From contig JAUCBJ010001166.1 of assembly GCA_032718475.1 (NCBI GenBank), positions 62,001 to 126,000 of the forward strand: 64,000 nucleotides of DNA. Direction: 5' to 3'. The notes below the pieces were generated by a model. The model saw only the letters and a list, made by a program, of their open reading frames with translations. It was not told the DNA's origin and did not search any database. Source of the DNA: Nemertoderma westbladi (taxonomy: Eukaryota > Animalia > Xenacoelomorpha). Numbering within the stretch: the first letter of the stretch is position 1; each line of letters opens with the position of its first letter. The position numbers and the translations under genes are program-made. This document shows, piece by piece, positions 24,660-36,972 of this stretch.

Positions 24660-27600
24660 TGCTGTGATCTTAATAATATAGTTTGATCATGCAAAATGTA
24701 AATTAAGTTTATCCTGTATATAGGTAATCTCGTAGTATATTAGTCTTACTTATCCTAAGCTAGAATACATTTTGAATTTCCCGCCACCTGCATTTAAATG
24801 TTACATAACCATAATAAGGGTAGAACCCACCAACTCCCCCCTTTAAGATTGAGTTTGTCTAACGAGATCGGAGTCAGTATTTTGTAGAGTCATAACGGAT
24901 GGGCTGGTGTCGAATTCTACTACTCCTACGTAACATGGCGGTAGGAGGCTCATCTTTCTGGAATACCACAACATCCGTTGCTGGGTTAAGAGTGCATTTA
25001 TTTTTCTGATTGTTGTTCGGTGGAATTCTATTTTTATGATTTTCTTTTAGTATACCCTTTGGGAGTAATCGTGCTGAATACTTCATTTGCGGTTCCTGTT
25101 CCAGAATATTACGTCGAATATGACGACGGTTGCGCCACAGAACACGGCCACTTGGTAAACGTATATGGTAATTGCGGCCACTGGCTCCTATAATAGAACC
25201 AGTACGATCCCACAGTTTAGTCTTTACATTCTGAATGTGAACAGGTGTACGTACAGTTAGGGCCTTTAGTGGACGGTTCTGGATTTGGGGAGGGGGTGTC
25301 ACCATATTGTCAAGAGTGTCGAGATGTTTGATCCACTGAGATGAAAAATTTGTATGGTGAGAAGGCACACGTGTCCTAGTTTGGCGTCTGAACACAAGCT
25401 CAGCGGGAGAAAATCCATTTACCCGTGGCGTATTTCGCAGTTTGAGTAAACCTTTATGGAAACTATCAGTTTGTATATCCCCGTGATGTGATGCTGTGGC
25501 GACCAGGTGTTTGAGTGTTTTAACAGCCAACTCCGCGAGTCCGTTACTTTGAGGGAAATGAGGGGCAGAGAACGACTGATTGACTCCCCAATCCTGAAGG
25601 AATGATCGGAATTCCGCCGAATCGAATTGTGGACCTCCATCAGTCCGCAGTTTAATGGGAATTCCCAGGTTACTAAAAAGACGGCGAAGTACTGTAGCAC
25701 CTTTTGCAGAATTAGGGTCATGCCGTCCGAATGCATGGATTTCAGGCCATCCTGAAAAGTAGTCAATATATGCTAAATAATGTTGACCTGCGTAGCTGAA
25801 AAGATCCGAACCAACCTCTTCGAATGGACATGTAGGTTGAGGGTCAGAAAGTAAAGGCTCTGGTGGTAAAGATGGTTTACGTTGTTGACATGGCATACAT
25901 TTCCCAACTTTGTTTATTATGTCCACGGTTAAACCGGGCCAGAATACAGTTTGATGGGCTCGTCGTTTGGAACGTTCAATCCCCTGATGAGATTGATGTA
26001 AAAGTTCTAGAACATGGCAACGTTGAGATTGTGGAATAACAATATGGGATAAATACAGGACAAGCCCATCATCAACTGACAAATCATTTCGTAATTTCCA
26101 ATATGGTTGTAGATCGTGAACTAAGTTCGTCGGCTTTGCTGGGAATCCATTCTGGATTAGATAGACCAGTTTCTGGTATTCTGGATCCAAAATGGCCGCT
26201 TGTTTTATACTTTCTATATTTGGGTCATTGAGGGAAGAATTTGAGTTGTTGTCGGCTAACGCATTGACAGTGCAGTGGCATTAATATGTGCACACATGTA
26301 AGTGTTGATGATCTCCTGTTCGGTAGTGACATCATCTGGGGTTGGGTTACCAACTGGTGCGCGAGAAAGCGCATCTGGTATGTAATGGGTTTTACCTTTC
26401 TTCCATTCGACATGGAAGGAATAAGATAAGAGTTTTTCCTTGAGATGCCTCAGCCTTGGATTATCAATGTTATCAAGAGTTTTTTCGTTTAGAATTGCTA
26501 GAAGCGGTTTGTGATCACTCGCAATAATGAAATGTGGAATGCCGAGTAGATATATATGACATTTCTAATGGCCCAAGCAATGGCAAGTGTTTCAAGTTCG
26601 ATGACTGCGTATCGTGAGTCAGTGTCTGTGAGGAATCGTGATCCATACTGGATGAGATTAAGGTGACCTGAGGATGTCGGTTGTAGTAAAACAAAACCGA
26701 GTCCTTTCAACCTAGAAGCGTCAGTATGAAGTTCTACTGGAAGATTTGGATCGAATGGAGTAAGAATCGGCGGGGAAACTAGAGCCAGTTTAACGTCATT
26801 GCAGGCATTGGTGTGGTTGGGCGTCCACTGGAAGACGTTAGCTTTCTTAAGTAGTGGGCGTAGTGGTGCTGCAGCAGCACTTACCTTACTCGAAATTGAA
26901 CCAAGCTGGTTCACAATTCCAAAAAATGATCGGAGTTCTGATATGTTTATTGGAATTGGAAAATTAGATATAGCAGAAATTTTAGTTGGATCTGCCTCTA
27001 TTGCATTAATACCGACTCTGTATCCAACATAGTCAACAGTGTCTTTGGCAAATATGAATTTTTTTAGATTCAATGTGATTTGATGAGTGCGGCACCACTG
27101 TAGAACCTCAATATTTCGTTCTACATGGTTGGGAAAAGAACCAGTATGGACCAACATGTCGTCCACAACTTTCTCGAGGTTGTCAATCCCCTGTATAGCA
27201 AGATCTCCACGACGACTATATTCATCCCCTGTTGATATCAACCCCATAGGAGCCCGCAGGAATTTAAAACGTCCTTGGGGACAGATAAAAGTTGTGAGAA
27301 ACTGACTGGCAGTGTCGAGGGGAATCTGCCAATAGCCCTTAAGTGCATCGAGTGTTGGAAAGTAACGATCATCTCGATGGATAGAATCAACAGCGTCCTT
27401 TGGAGTCCGTAGAGGATGATATGGACACGCGCAGAAAGAATTGAGTTTAGTAAGATCTACACATATCCGCACTTCCTCAGGTGAGTGTGATTTTTTGGTG
27501 ACAACCATCGGATGGCACCACTCGGTAGGGACGTCGATAACACGTTCAATTATACCTTTCTCCACCATGGATTCAATTTCGCGCTTGGCCTTCTCTCTAA

Positions 27601-29701
27601 GAGCAAATGGAACTTGACGAGAAGTGGTTAAAGAGAAAGGAATGTTGTTTCGTTGAAGATAAATCTTCATTGGTTTGCCTTGCATAGGCTTGAGATGTTC
27701 CACTGTGGAGAAAACATCTGGGAATAGTTCTAAAATTTGGTTACGTATTGAATCAATGTCTGACTCAGAGGGATTTTCTGGAATTGTGCGTAGCTAATCA
27801 CAATATTGTATGGAGTGTTCTGATTGGACATTGCAGATTTGTGTGGGAAAGTCAGTTGGAATGATTTTGAGATCTCGACAAGTTATCCAACCAAGAAGAA
27901 ATCCATCAGACTTTCCAATCACGTGTATAGTTGTCACAGAGGTATAATTTCCAAGTGTAATAGAGCAGGGAAATTGTCCAAGAACCTTAAGCGCATGATG
28001 TCTGAAACTGTTAAGTGGAAGATTGCTGGGTTCCAAGTCAGACAGTTGGAATCCAAGTTTGTTAAATACAGAATCGGACATTATATTTGTTGGAGAGCCA
28101 ATGTCTGGTAGAGCCTTGATATTATGTACCTGGATTCCTACTGAGAAATTAAAAGGGTCGAGGGAGACTATCTCTTGTGGTGTAGGCTTTTCATCAGAGT
28201 TATAAACATGATTTACTGAGGAATCGCTGTAACTAACATTGGAAGATGGGGTTTTCAAATACGTTTTATCCCATTTCAAACTACAAACTTTGGCCCAATG
28301 TCCGGTCTTTTTGCATAGGGAACAGGTTGATTCGTTTGCAGGGCAAGTGGACATGTCCTTATGTAGGTCATTATCACACTGTAGACATTTCTTCCTTAAA
28401 TGTTGTGGAATCTGGTCACGGGACTTACTACGATATCGAGGCCGTGACCTGTCTAGCGAGTTCCTCCGACACTCTTTCTGTGTTTTGTAAGTATTACCTT
28501 TTATACGGTTTACTGTAGCTCCTGGGTTGGCGAATTTACGGCCGGCCTCCTCCTGGCGGCAGAATGCAATGACGTCGTCAAGGTGTGGGTATGGACGAAT
28601 CGCCATGAGGCGTCGGCGGATCTCCTCGTCTCGTAGCCCAACACGTATTCTATCTGCCAGACGTTGGTCGAAGCAATGGTTGCAAAGTTCGGCATCCTGC
28701 CCTAGGTTCCTTAAGGCTAAGAGAAATTGGTTGAAAGTTTCTCCGGCGTTTGGATTCGGCGTTCAAAAGCTTCGCATTCACGCCCTAAATCACGTTTTTC
28801 TTGGAAATAAGTTGCAATTGCATCGAGTCTGTCATTGATTGATATCGCATTTCCCGGCTCGGCGGGTTGGACGTCGATGTGCGACAGAACGTCCTGTGCA
28901 TCTTGGTGTAAAGCGCGACGGAATGCCGCTAGTTGCTCCGGTTCCAGGAATTCTACAAGATGTACGAGAGTTGTGTAGTCGTCCCAAGTTGTACGCCAAC
29001 GGCGAAATGCTCCAACTGAGGTATTCAGGTTTAAAATCGACGGAGGGTGAGAGGCAGCTGATCTGGCGAGATCATGACAAGGTAGATGCGGTTGAGTCGG
29101 CCTAATGTCAGTAGGAACATTGGGAGGAACGCGATATATATGCCACATTATTTGTAGCATCTCTGCACGTTCAGTGCGACGTCGCTGTTCGTCCTCTGCA
29201 CGTCGTTGTTCCTCGCGTTGTTCCCAGCATTCTTCCATCTGCATAAGGAAGTTTGCCAGATCGGTTTGTTGAGGAGGATCCTCGGCTTCGAACTCGAGGA
29301 TTCTGTACAGCTGTTTGCATAAATTAGCTGTCGATGTGCGAGGATTAAACTATAAACCGGCATTTGTACAGTGGATTTTTAATGCGGCTCGGTCGAGTTC
29401 ATCTATTTCGTCCACAGTGAGGTCCAAGTAATCTCTGGGTTAATAGCTTCCGCCATTTATTGTATTCGTAATTGAATTAGAAAATAAAATAATTCAAAAA
29501 CAAATAATACATCCTACTCGCAGCGCCATGCTGTGATCTTAATAATATAGTTAGATCATGCAACATGTAAATAAAGTTTATCCTGTATATAGGTAATCCC
29601 GTAGTATATTAGTCTTACTTATCCTAAGCTAGAATACATTTTGAATTTCCCGCCACCTGCATTTAAATGTTACATAAACATAATAAGGGTAGAACCTACC
29701 A
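24660..29701 (-). mobile_element. Gypsy-3 full-length LTR retrotransposon (Mag-like), decayed
   Basis: 173-bp LTRs at 24660-24832 and 29529-29701 (6 mismatches by eye); 5-bp TSD CCAAC; 18-nt PBS TGGCGCTGCGAGTAGGAT; PPT at about 24833-24844. Confidence 0.96.
24874..29300 (-). pseudogene. Gypsy-3 gag-pol with frameshifts and stops
   Basis: gag F..W..W, CSLCKKTGHWAKVC, LPDIGS, VVDD, HTDAS, TDGGPQF, SNGLAE. Confidence 0.92.
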
Positions 29702-30928
29702 CCAACCAGTGTCGAACTTGTCCGTGTAATGAATATTCATGGAGGGCCTTTCGCGAATAATTAGCGTTTTCGCAGTTAACTTACTTACAGTGTACCCAGT
29801 CTTTACAATGTTTATGGATGCGGATTTTAAAGCGGTGCGGGGTGTTGGTGTCGTGCGGGTGTTGACCTACTGTGCTGTTCTTTAATTTATTTTTATTACA
29901 TATGGAGTTGCAGTGTTTTGCTATTAGTTCTCTCACTGGTCCTACCGTCTCACCAATATAATTTTCTTTACATTTATTTCATTCTATGTGGTAAACTACG
30001 TTTTTGGTTGTATATATCTTGATACTGTGATGGCATGTGTAACAGTTTGACTGTGTGACAGTAACAGTTTTGATACTCTTGTTGCTGGGCACTTAAGCTT
30101 ACTAGTGTTGACCTAATTAGTATGCTATGGAGTTTTGGTCTGGTAGTGGATGCAACCCGCGTGCCATCGGCGAATGGCGACTCTCGTATGGTTGTGTGAA
30201 TTCTGAACAGGATGTTTTCGTCAAGATAAGGAAGTACGAGTGGAAACTTACGCGTGTTGTGTGTGTTTACGTGTGTGTTTGGTGTTTTGGTTGTCGTAAC
30301 TTGCTTTATTAATTTATCAACGACAGGGGGTGGGTAGTCACTATTAATTAAATTGGTTCTAACTTTACTAATGCTACGTGTTTTTGTTTGGGGGGTGGAG
30401 CTATTCCTAATAGCTCGCTTGATGGCGCTATGAGCAATGATGTTAATTATGGATCGAGGTTGCCTACTATTGTAGTTTAAGGATATACCTGCACTAGCTG
30501 GTTTCTGGTACAGTTCGAACTCAATATAACCCTGGTTATTAACTGTAGTTAAAACATCAAGGAAGGCTAAACTGGAATGTGATAATTCTATTGTAAATTT
30601 AAGCGACGGGTGGCACGTGTTTAGGTAATCTAAAAATACATTCAGTTCATCCTCTCCATGACGCCAGATGGCCCATCTGTCGTCATAGAAATGGTACCAA
30701 CATAACGGTAATTCTCAAAGTACTCAGTTTCCTTTGTGAACGTATATTATAGCTATCAGGGCCCCTGATCTGTCCTCCATACCTAAACCCGACCACTGTT
30801 TATAAAACTTATTATTAAACTGAAAGTAACTATTTTCTAAGGTTAGTTGGAGTAAACCATAGAATTCAATTATTTCCAGTCCAAACATATTTATCTCCCT
30901 TTTGTGTTCTGACAGAAAATCTGTTCAA

Positions 30929-32447
30929 AGGAAGTAGTGCGTATAGTTTCAGTAGTGTGTTAGAGTACAGTCCAGTTGCTTGAATAATAGCCTGTTGGCC
31001 GAAATATCGCAACAAACTTATTTATTTTATGTCACAAGTATTCTTCACCACATCTATATTGACAATAGGACAACAGTGACCTGGGCACGGAAATACCTAT
31101 TAAGATTACCCCTTTCGCTGGACCAGCGCTTTGCCCTGCTCGGACTGCATAACCACGGAGAAACTAATGCACCAAAAGATGAACAGCCAGTTCATGCTGA
31201 CATGCCAACGCACGCACAAATTCCACCGTTTTGTTGAAAGAGGGGTTCACACCCATTTCACACATACAGGATTCGAGCGTGTCATCACTAATTTTAAACG
31301 CACTATGCTTACTGCGGCTATCCGGTGCGCACATTCAAAAATAAAGGAACACTCAGAAACCCGACTTAAACTTAATATGCGTATCAATACCCTAAATATT
31401 CCACGGACAATAATAATCGAACGTATCCAGTCAACATGGACGGATATAAACACACAAGTTAAAGAACAACTCCACAAGAAACATTCCCACAAACTCACTA
31501 AGATTACACCAAACACCGCAACTAAAGTAACGTTAACCTCAGCACAGTTACCAACCCGCCATTCCGGCGACGGCTTTCCAACCCACCACTCCGACAATGG
31601 CTGACCAACCCGCCACTCTGGCGATGGTGGTCCAACCCGCCACTCCGGCAATGGCTGTCCAACCCGCCACTACGATAACAGCTGTTCAACCTACAACATC
31701 ACCAACTACCAGTACAACCCCCAACCATAGAACTACAGCACTCCCGAGAATCCCATTTCCAGAAGCAATGAGACCTAAAGCCCCTCCAGGACCACCACTT
31801 ATGGAGCAAGAATTAGAGAATTTACAAGAACGCATCCTAGGGATTTGCCAAAACTTTGCGCTCAAATCGAACCAATCAACAGCGAACCTAACCTCGGAAG
31901 AATATAAGGCTCTAAAGATCCTAAAGAAAGATAACTAAAGAAAGAAAGATAATAATTACATTATAATTATAAAAAACTGATAAAAGAGGAGGGCTGGCAG
32001 TGTTCGATTACAACACCTACATCGATATGGAAAATACAGATTCTGTTCAAATAAAGGCCAGTATTAGGAATCTCTTAGGCCGGACTCAACTGCCAACAGT
32101 TATAAACGGTATGCTCACCACTAAACCCCATCCACCCCAGCTTTATTGCAATCCTAAAATGCATAAACCTAATAATCCAATGCGACAAATCTCGGCGAGA
32201 ACTGGGTTTGCTGCGGAGAAACCAGCATGCTTTGTCTGTCAAATCATGCAACAACTCTTACAATTCATTCCAGAATGTTTAAAAAATACAGCCGATTTTA
32301 CCTCTCGAGTTCGTACAATAGATCGGATGGAACCAGGAGATATTATATTCAGTACTGATATAGCGGCGATGTATACAAATATACCTTTGGAAGAAGCAGT
32401 CGAGGTCGCTACAGATTTTCTGTCACAAGACGTAAAGGAGATAAAGG
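30929..32447 (+). mobile_element. Penelope-like element 5' part (pLTR, N-terminal ORF, start of RT)
   Basis: NLTSEEYKALK.LK, YCNPKMHKPNNPMR.I, DIAAMYTNIP; starts with a pLTR copy. Confidence 0.85.
30975..31013 (+). ncRNA. Minimal type-I hammerhead-like motif in the Penelope pLTR (other copies 24407-24445 minus, 33250-33288 minus, 41768-41806 plus)
   Basis: Stem GTTGC/GCAAC, variant core TTGAATAA, short stem II, GAAA, TATC; core deviates from CUGANGA. Confidence 0.5.
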
Positions 32448-33335
32448 TCTGTTGGAGTAAACCATAGAATTCTGTTATTTCCAGTCCAAACATGTTTATC
32501 TCCTTTACGTGTTGTGACAGAAAATCTGTAACAACCTCGACTGTTTCTTCCTCAGGTATATTTGTATACATCGCCGCTATATCAGTACTGAATATAATAG
32601 TGTGGAATAATAGTATAATTAGTGGTGAACATATCGTTTATAACTCTTGGTGGTTGAGTCCGGCCTAAGAGATTCCTAATATTGGCCTTTATTCGAACAG
32701 AATCCTTGTTGGTGGGGTCACGCATGAGTTCCTCGTAAGCGCTTGTGTCACTGGATACACGGTGTTTTCCTTATCGATATAGGTGTTGTAATCGAACACC
32801 GCCAGCCTGCCGCTTTTATCAGTTTTTTTTAATTACAATGTCCTTATTTTTCTTTAGGATCTTTAGAGCCTTCTGTTCTTCCGAGGTTAGGTTCGCTGTT
32901 GATTGGTTCGATTTGAGCGCAAAGTTTGGGTAAATCCCTAGGATGCGTTCTTGTAAATTCTCTAATTCTTGCTCCATAAGTGGTGGTCCTGGATTGGCTT
33001 TAGGTTTCATCGTATCTGGAAATGGGATTCTCGGGAGTGCCGTAGTACTATAGTTGGGGGTTGTACTGGTACTACTGGTATTGGTGCATTAGTTTCTCTG
33101 TGGTTGTGCAGTCCGAGCAGGGCAAAGCGCTGGTCCAGCGAAAGGGTTAATCGTAATAGGTAGTTCCATGCCCAGGTCACTCACTGTTCTAATCATATGG
33201 TCAATATATGTGTGGTGAAGAATACTTGTGACATAAAATAAATAAGTTTGTTGCGATATTTCGGCCAACAGGCTATTATTCAAGCAACTAGACTGTACTA
33301 ACACACTACTGAAACTATACGCACTACTTCCTTTG
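32448..33335 (-). mobile_element. Inverted, internally deleted copy of the Penelope 5' part
   Basis: Reverse complement of segments of 30929-32447 (PPLMEQELENLQERIL, MYTNIP, pLTR). Confidence 0.88.
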
Positions 33336-33499
33336 AACAGATATTCTGCCATAACACGTAAAGGAGATAAACATGTTTGGACTGGAAATAACTGAATTCT
33401 ATGGTTTACTCCAACTAACCTTAGATAATAGTTACTTTCAGTTTAATAATAAGTTTTATAAACAGTGGTCGGGTTTAGGTGTCTGTTTAGGACCTTCGA

Positions 33500-34070
33500 A
33501 TACGTAAGGCAAAGGCATGTAGCCTTGAATAGGCTTTCCAGGATTTGGAAGTCACCGACAATTAATCGGAAACTTAAGGTCCGATTATTTAGAGCAGCGG
33601 TAGTTCCAGTACTCCTCTATGGGAGTCCATGCTGGTCTCTAACTGCTGAGGACACCAAATCTCTGGATGGCACATTCAAAAGAATGCTACGCCGGGTTCA
33701 TTGTGTCAAGTACAATGCACACATCTCCAACCAGACACTATATAACATTGGAGGTGTCTCATTGGTTCCCCCAAGCTTGACACTGGAACAAAATCGCCTC
33801 CGCTTTGCAGGACATTGCTTTCGCCGTGAGGACCAGCCAGTGCATAATCTTGTACCTTGGCAGCCTCATGGAGTGAATAAGCATGGTGGACAGCCCATGA
33901 CTTTCTTGAGACGCATCTTAAAGGACACTGGCCTTGAAGATGCGGATGATCTAGCAAATGTCATGGGTGATAGGGAGTTGTGGCGCCGCAATTTTGTTGA
34001 CAAGCCGGCACAGCATTCTTAAAAATGCAGCTGCAATGCAGCATGCCGATCCTAGTAGTAGTAGTAGTAG
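33500..34070 (+). mobile_element. 5'-truncated RTE LINE 3' end with (TAG)n tail
   Basis: KLKVRLFRAAVVPVLLYG..W, RLRFAGH; near-identical copy at 43243-43770. Confidence 0.9.
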
Positions 34071-34124
34071 GTATGCGTAATAAACCATAATGCTCCTCAT
34101 ATTGTCATATTATATACTTTTTAG

Positions 34125-36178
34125 TTGAAATGGTACAAAAAGGACTTGAGCTATGTCAAACCAGTTTCACTAGATGCTGAGAAAGATTTCCAGAACAGAC
34201 ACCCGCTACTCATTAATTTGAATGAATACGAGACTTTTATGACGTTGTTTGGAGACAATATGGTTGACCTTTTGGTTGAGGAGACAAATAGATATGCTAG
34301 AAATACGAAAAACAAGGTTGGTCAATATTCAAAATTATTTCATACATATATGTTTTTATAATATTAATTCCAAATCGATTACAAATTTTGAAATAAATAA
34401 GGGTGTGGGGGGGGGGGGGGTAGTATTTAATTTAGTATTTCTATTAATACAAATTATTATTAGTATTGTTAGTCAAAAGATACAATAAACATTTCAATAA
34501 AATACAAAATACTGTAATGAAAAGATTACTAACACCACATATATACATACTGTATGTGTGTGGTATATTTGAATTATAGGTTGGGTTCAAAGTAACCAAA
34601 TATGAAATGTCTAGCTTTATTGGAATTATTCTTTTATCTGGATATAACCAACGACCTAATCAAAGAATGTACTGGTCTAATGATCTTGATGTCTCGTGTC
34701 CAATAGTGTTAAATTGTATGTCTAGAAACCGATTTCTGGAAATCAAAAGTGTCTTCCATGCGGCTGATAATCAAAATTTAGGCCCTGAAAGAATGGCTAA
34801 GAAGGTTTTACCGCTCTACGATCTGTTAAATAAGAAACTCAGTGAAATTGGAACAATTTCATCAAATATCTCCATTGATGAATCAATGCTTCCTTACTAC
34901 GGCCCCCATTCCTGTAAGCAATTTATCAAGGGCAAGCCCTATAGGTAAGTTAACATAAATTTAATTTTCTTGTCAGATACTGAAATATGAATATTTCTGC
35001 TAATATCATATACATTACTTCTATATACTGGTACAAATTTAAATATAATAAAAAAATATAATATTTATATAATATTATTATATTATGTTATTATTATTAT
35101 ATATTATATTATTATTATATATGTAGCACCTATATATATATACCTGTATAGAACTAAAATATGGATATAATTAAAATATTAATAATATTTAATTTAAAAT
35201 TAACATTGTAAATAAAATAATTGAAAAAAATTAAATTATTTATTTCAATGTATATGATATTCACTTCGTAGGTTTGGATTCAAGCAATGGATTACGGCAA
35301 GTGCTACTGGGTTTCCATACCATGTGGTGATATATGAAGGGAAGGCTGGTACATCGAATGTCAATCGGCCTCTTGGCACAAGAGTTATCCTTGAGGGACT
35401 CGAGTCACTGAAGTTGACAGATCCTGGAGAATATCACGTTTACTTTGATAACTTTTTTACTAGTTACGATCTTTTGTGTAATCTTAGTGACCTAGGCTAT
35501 AAAGCCACTGGCACTGTACGGGCTAATAGGACGAAGAATTGCCCCCTTACAAACGTGCCAGTGATGAAAAAATTGAAACGTGGGAGCTATGACTATAGAA
35601 ATAGCGGTACTGTATGTTTCGTACGATGGAATGATAATCCAGTGGTCACCATAGGAAGTAATGCATTTGGTGTAGCCCCATTACAGAATGCCAAACGGTG
35701 GGTGAAGGGGGTGGGTACAACTGATATAGAACAACCATACGTTATTCATAGTTATAACCAGAACATGGGGGGTGTGGACTTGTTGGACCGGGCACTGGCC
35801 ACCTTTCGTCCTACCATATTTTCAAAGAAATGGTATTTCGGTCTACTAATAAATGCAATAAATATTGCAATGGTGGCATCTTGGCGTATTAGACGCCTTA
35901 TAGACGACAAGAAAACTAAACTCAAACAAATAGATTTCTGGCGTGCAGTGGTGCCATCACTGATTAGGGTGACCCAAAGGGGTGGCGAAAGCCCGTACTT
36001 GAATCGCGTGCCCCACAGTGTCCCTCAGAATGTTCGGTTTGACCATATAGGTCATTCTAGGGTATCTGGTCCAGTTCGTAAGAGTCGGTTGTGCATGGTG
36101 AGCTGTAGGTTGCAGTGTGTAAAGTGTGGAATCCCTCTCCATGGCGGTTGCTTCGATCAATACCATGGTTGGTTGTAG
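34125..36178 (+). CDS. piggyBac transposase (PGBD2/3-like), spliced: exons 34125-34316, 34580-34944, 35272-36178; 5' exon(s) missing
   Basis: GT-AG splicing gives 1464 nt in one open frame and restores KPYR|FGFKQW; catalytic SIDESM, YFDNFFT, MGGVDLLD; C-terminal Cys/His domain. Confidence 0.9.
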
Positions 36179-36624
36179 ATATATTGTATTGGAATATGGT
36201 ATTCTATCATTATTTGAAATATTTCATATTTCATTTTACTTATCTCATTTCTTATTTCATTTCATATAACTCTTATCAATGGAATGGGTCTTTGTATTTT
36301 TTGTTATAGCTATACGTTTATACTATGATTTTTGATGTTTGAAAGATTATATTTACTTTCTATTTGCGCAGTGAATGCACTATCCTAATCTCATAAAATT
36401 AATATTTGAAATATCGGGCGAGGGGGGGGGGGGGGGGGGGCACTACAAGCACTACATTGAAATTGTTAACTCAATAATTTTAAATTAAAAACTTTTTTTA
36501 ACATTTGCTTATGCTTATACTCCATTCTACACCCACCAAAGTAGTTATTAACATCAACAATATTGCAATAAGTGTATCATTTACAAACAAATTGGTGTTA
36601 TTTTTATTAATATATAAATACCTC

Positions 36625-36789
36625 CATAGCGCCCAAGTACTACATTTGTACCCTACCTAATAAATCGAGATTGGTTAAAGTTTTGATACTGTTGTTGAAA
36701 CTACGTTTAAGTTAGACCATTTGGACTTAGTTCTGAAAATATGAATGAATTACCTCGAGTTTTTCGATGTCTGGGTTTTGCTGGGTTAA
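36625..36789 (+). mobile_element. piggyBac right terminus ending GGG|TTAA
   Basis: CTGGGTTTTGCTGGG then TTAA (36786-36789), after which Penelope sequence resumes; the mirror arm has an empty TTAA at 24615-24618. Confidence 0.8.
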
Positions 36790-36972
36790 TACTCAAGTTC
36801 ATTTATAACTAAATAATAATACCGCTTACATGTGTTAATAATAGGCCGTGCCACCTGAAGGTTTCTATATATCATTTCATTATATCAATTGGTGCAATAA
36901 TCAGTATAGCAGTAGCAGTAGTTCATAGGAAGTAGTGCGTATAGTTTCAGTAGTGTGGTAGTACAGTCTAGT

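Larger units (their letters stand above)
24361..30925 (-). mobile_element. Penelope-like element 3' half (RT, GIY-YIG, pseudo-LTR), left arm, interrupted by Gypsy-3
   Basis: WYHFYDD.WAIW...FLDYLN..HPSLKFT at about 30590-30700; NVVYHI...C...YIGET at about 29945-30005; pLTR at about 24361-24620. Confidence 0.85.
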
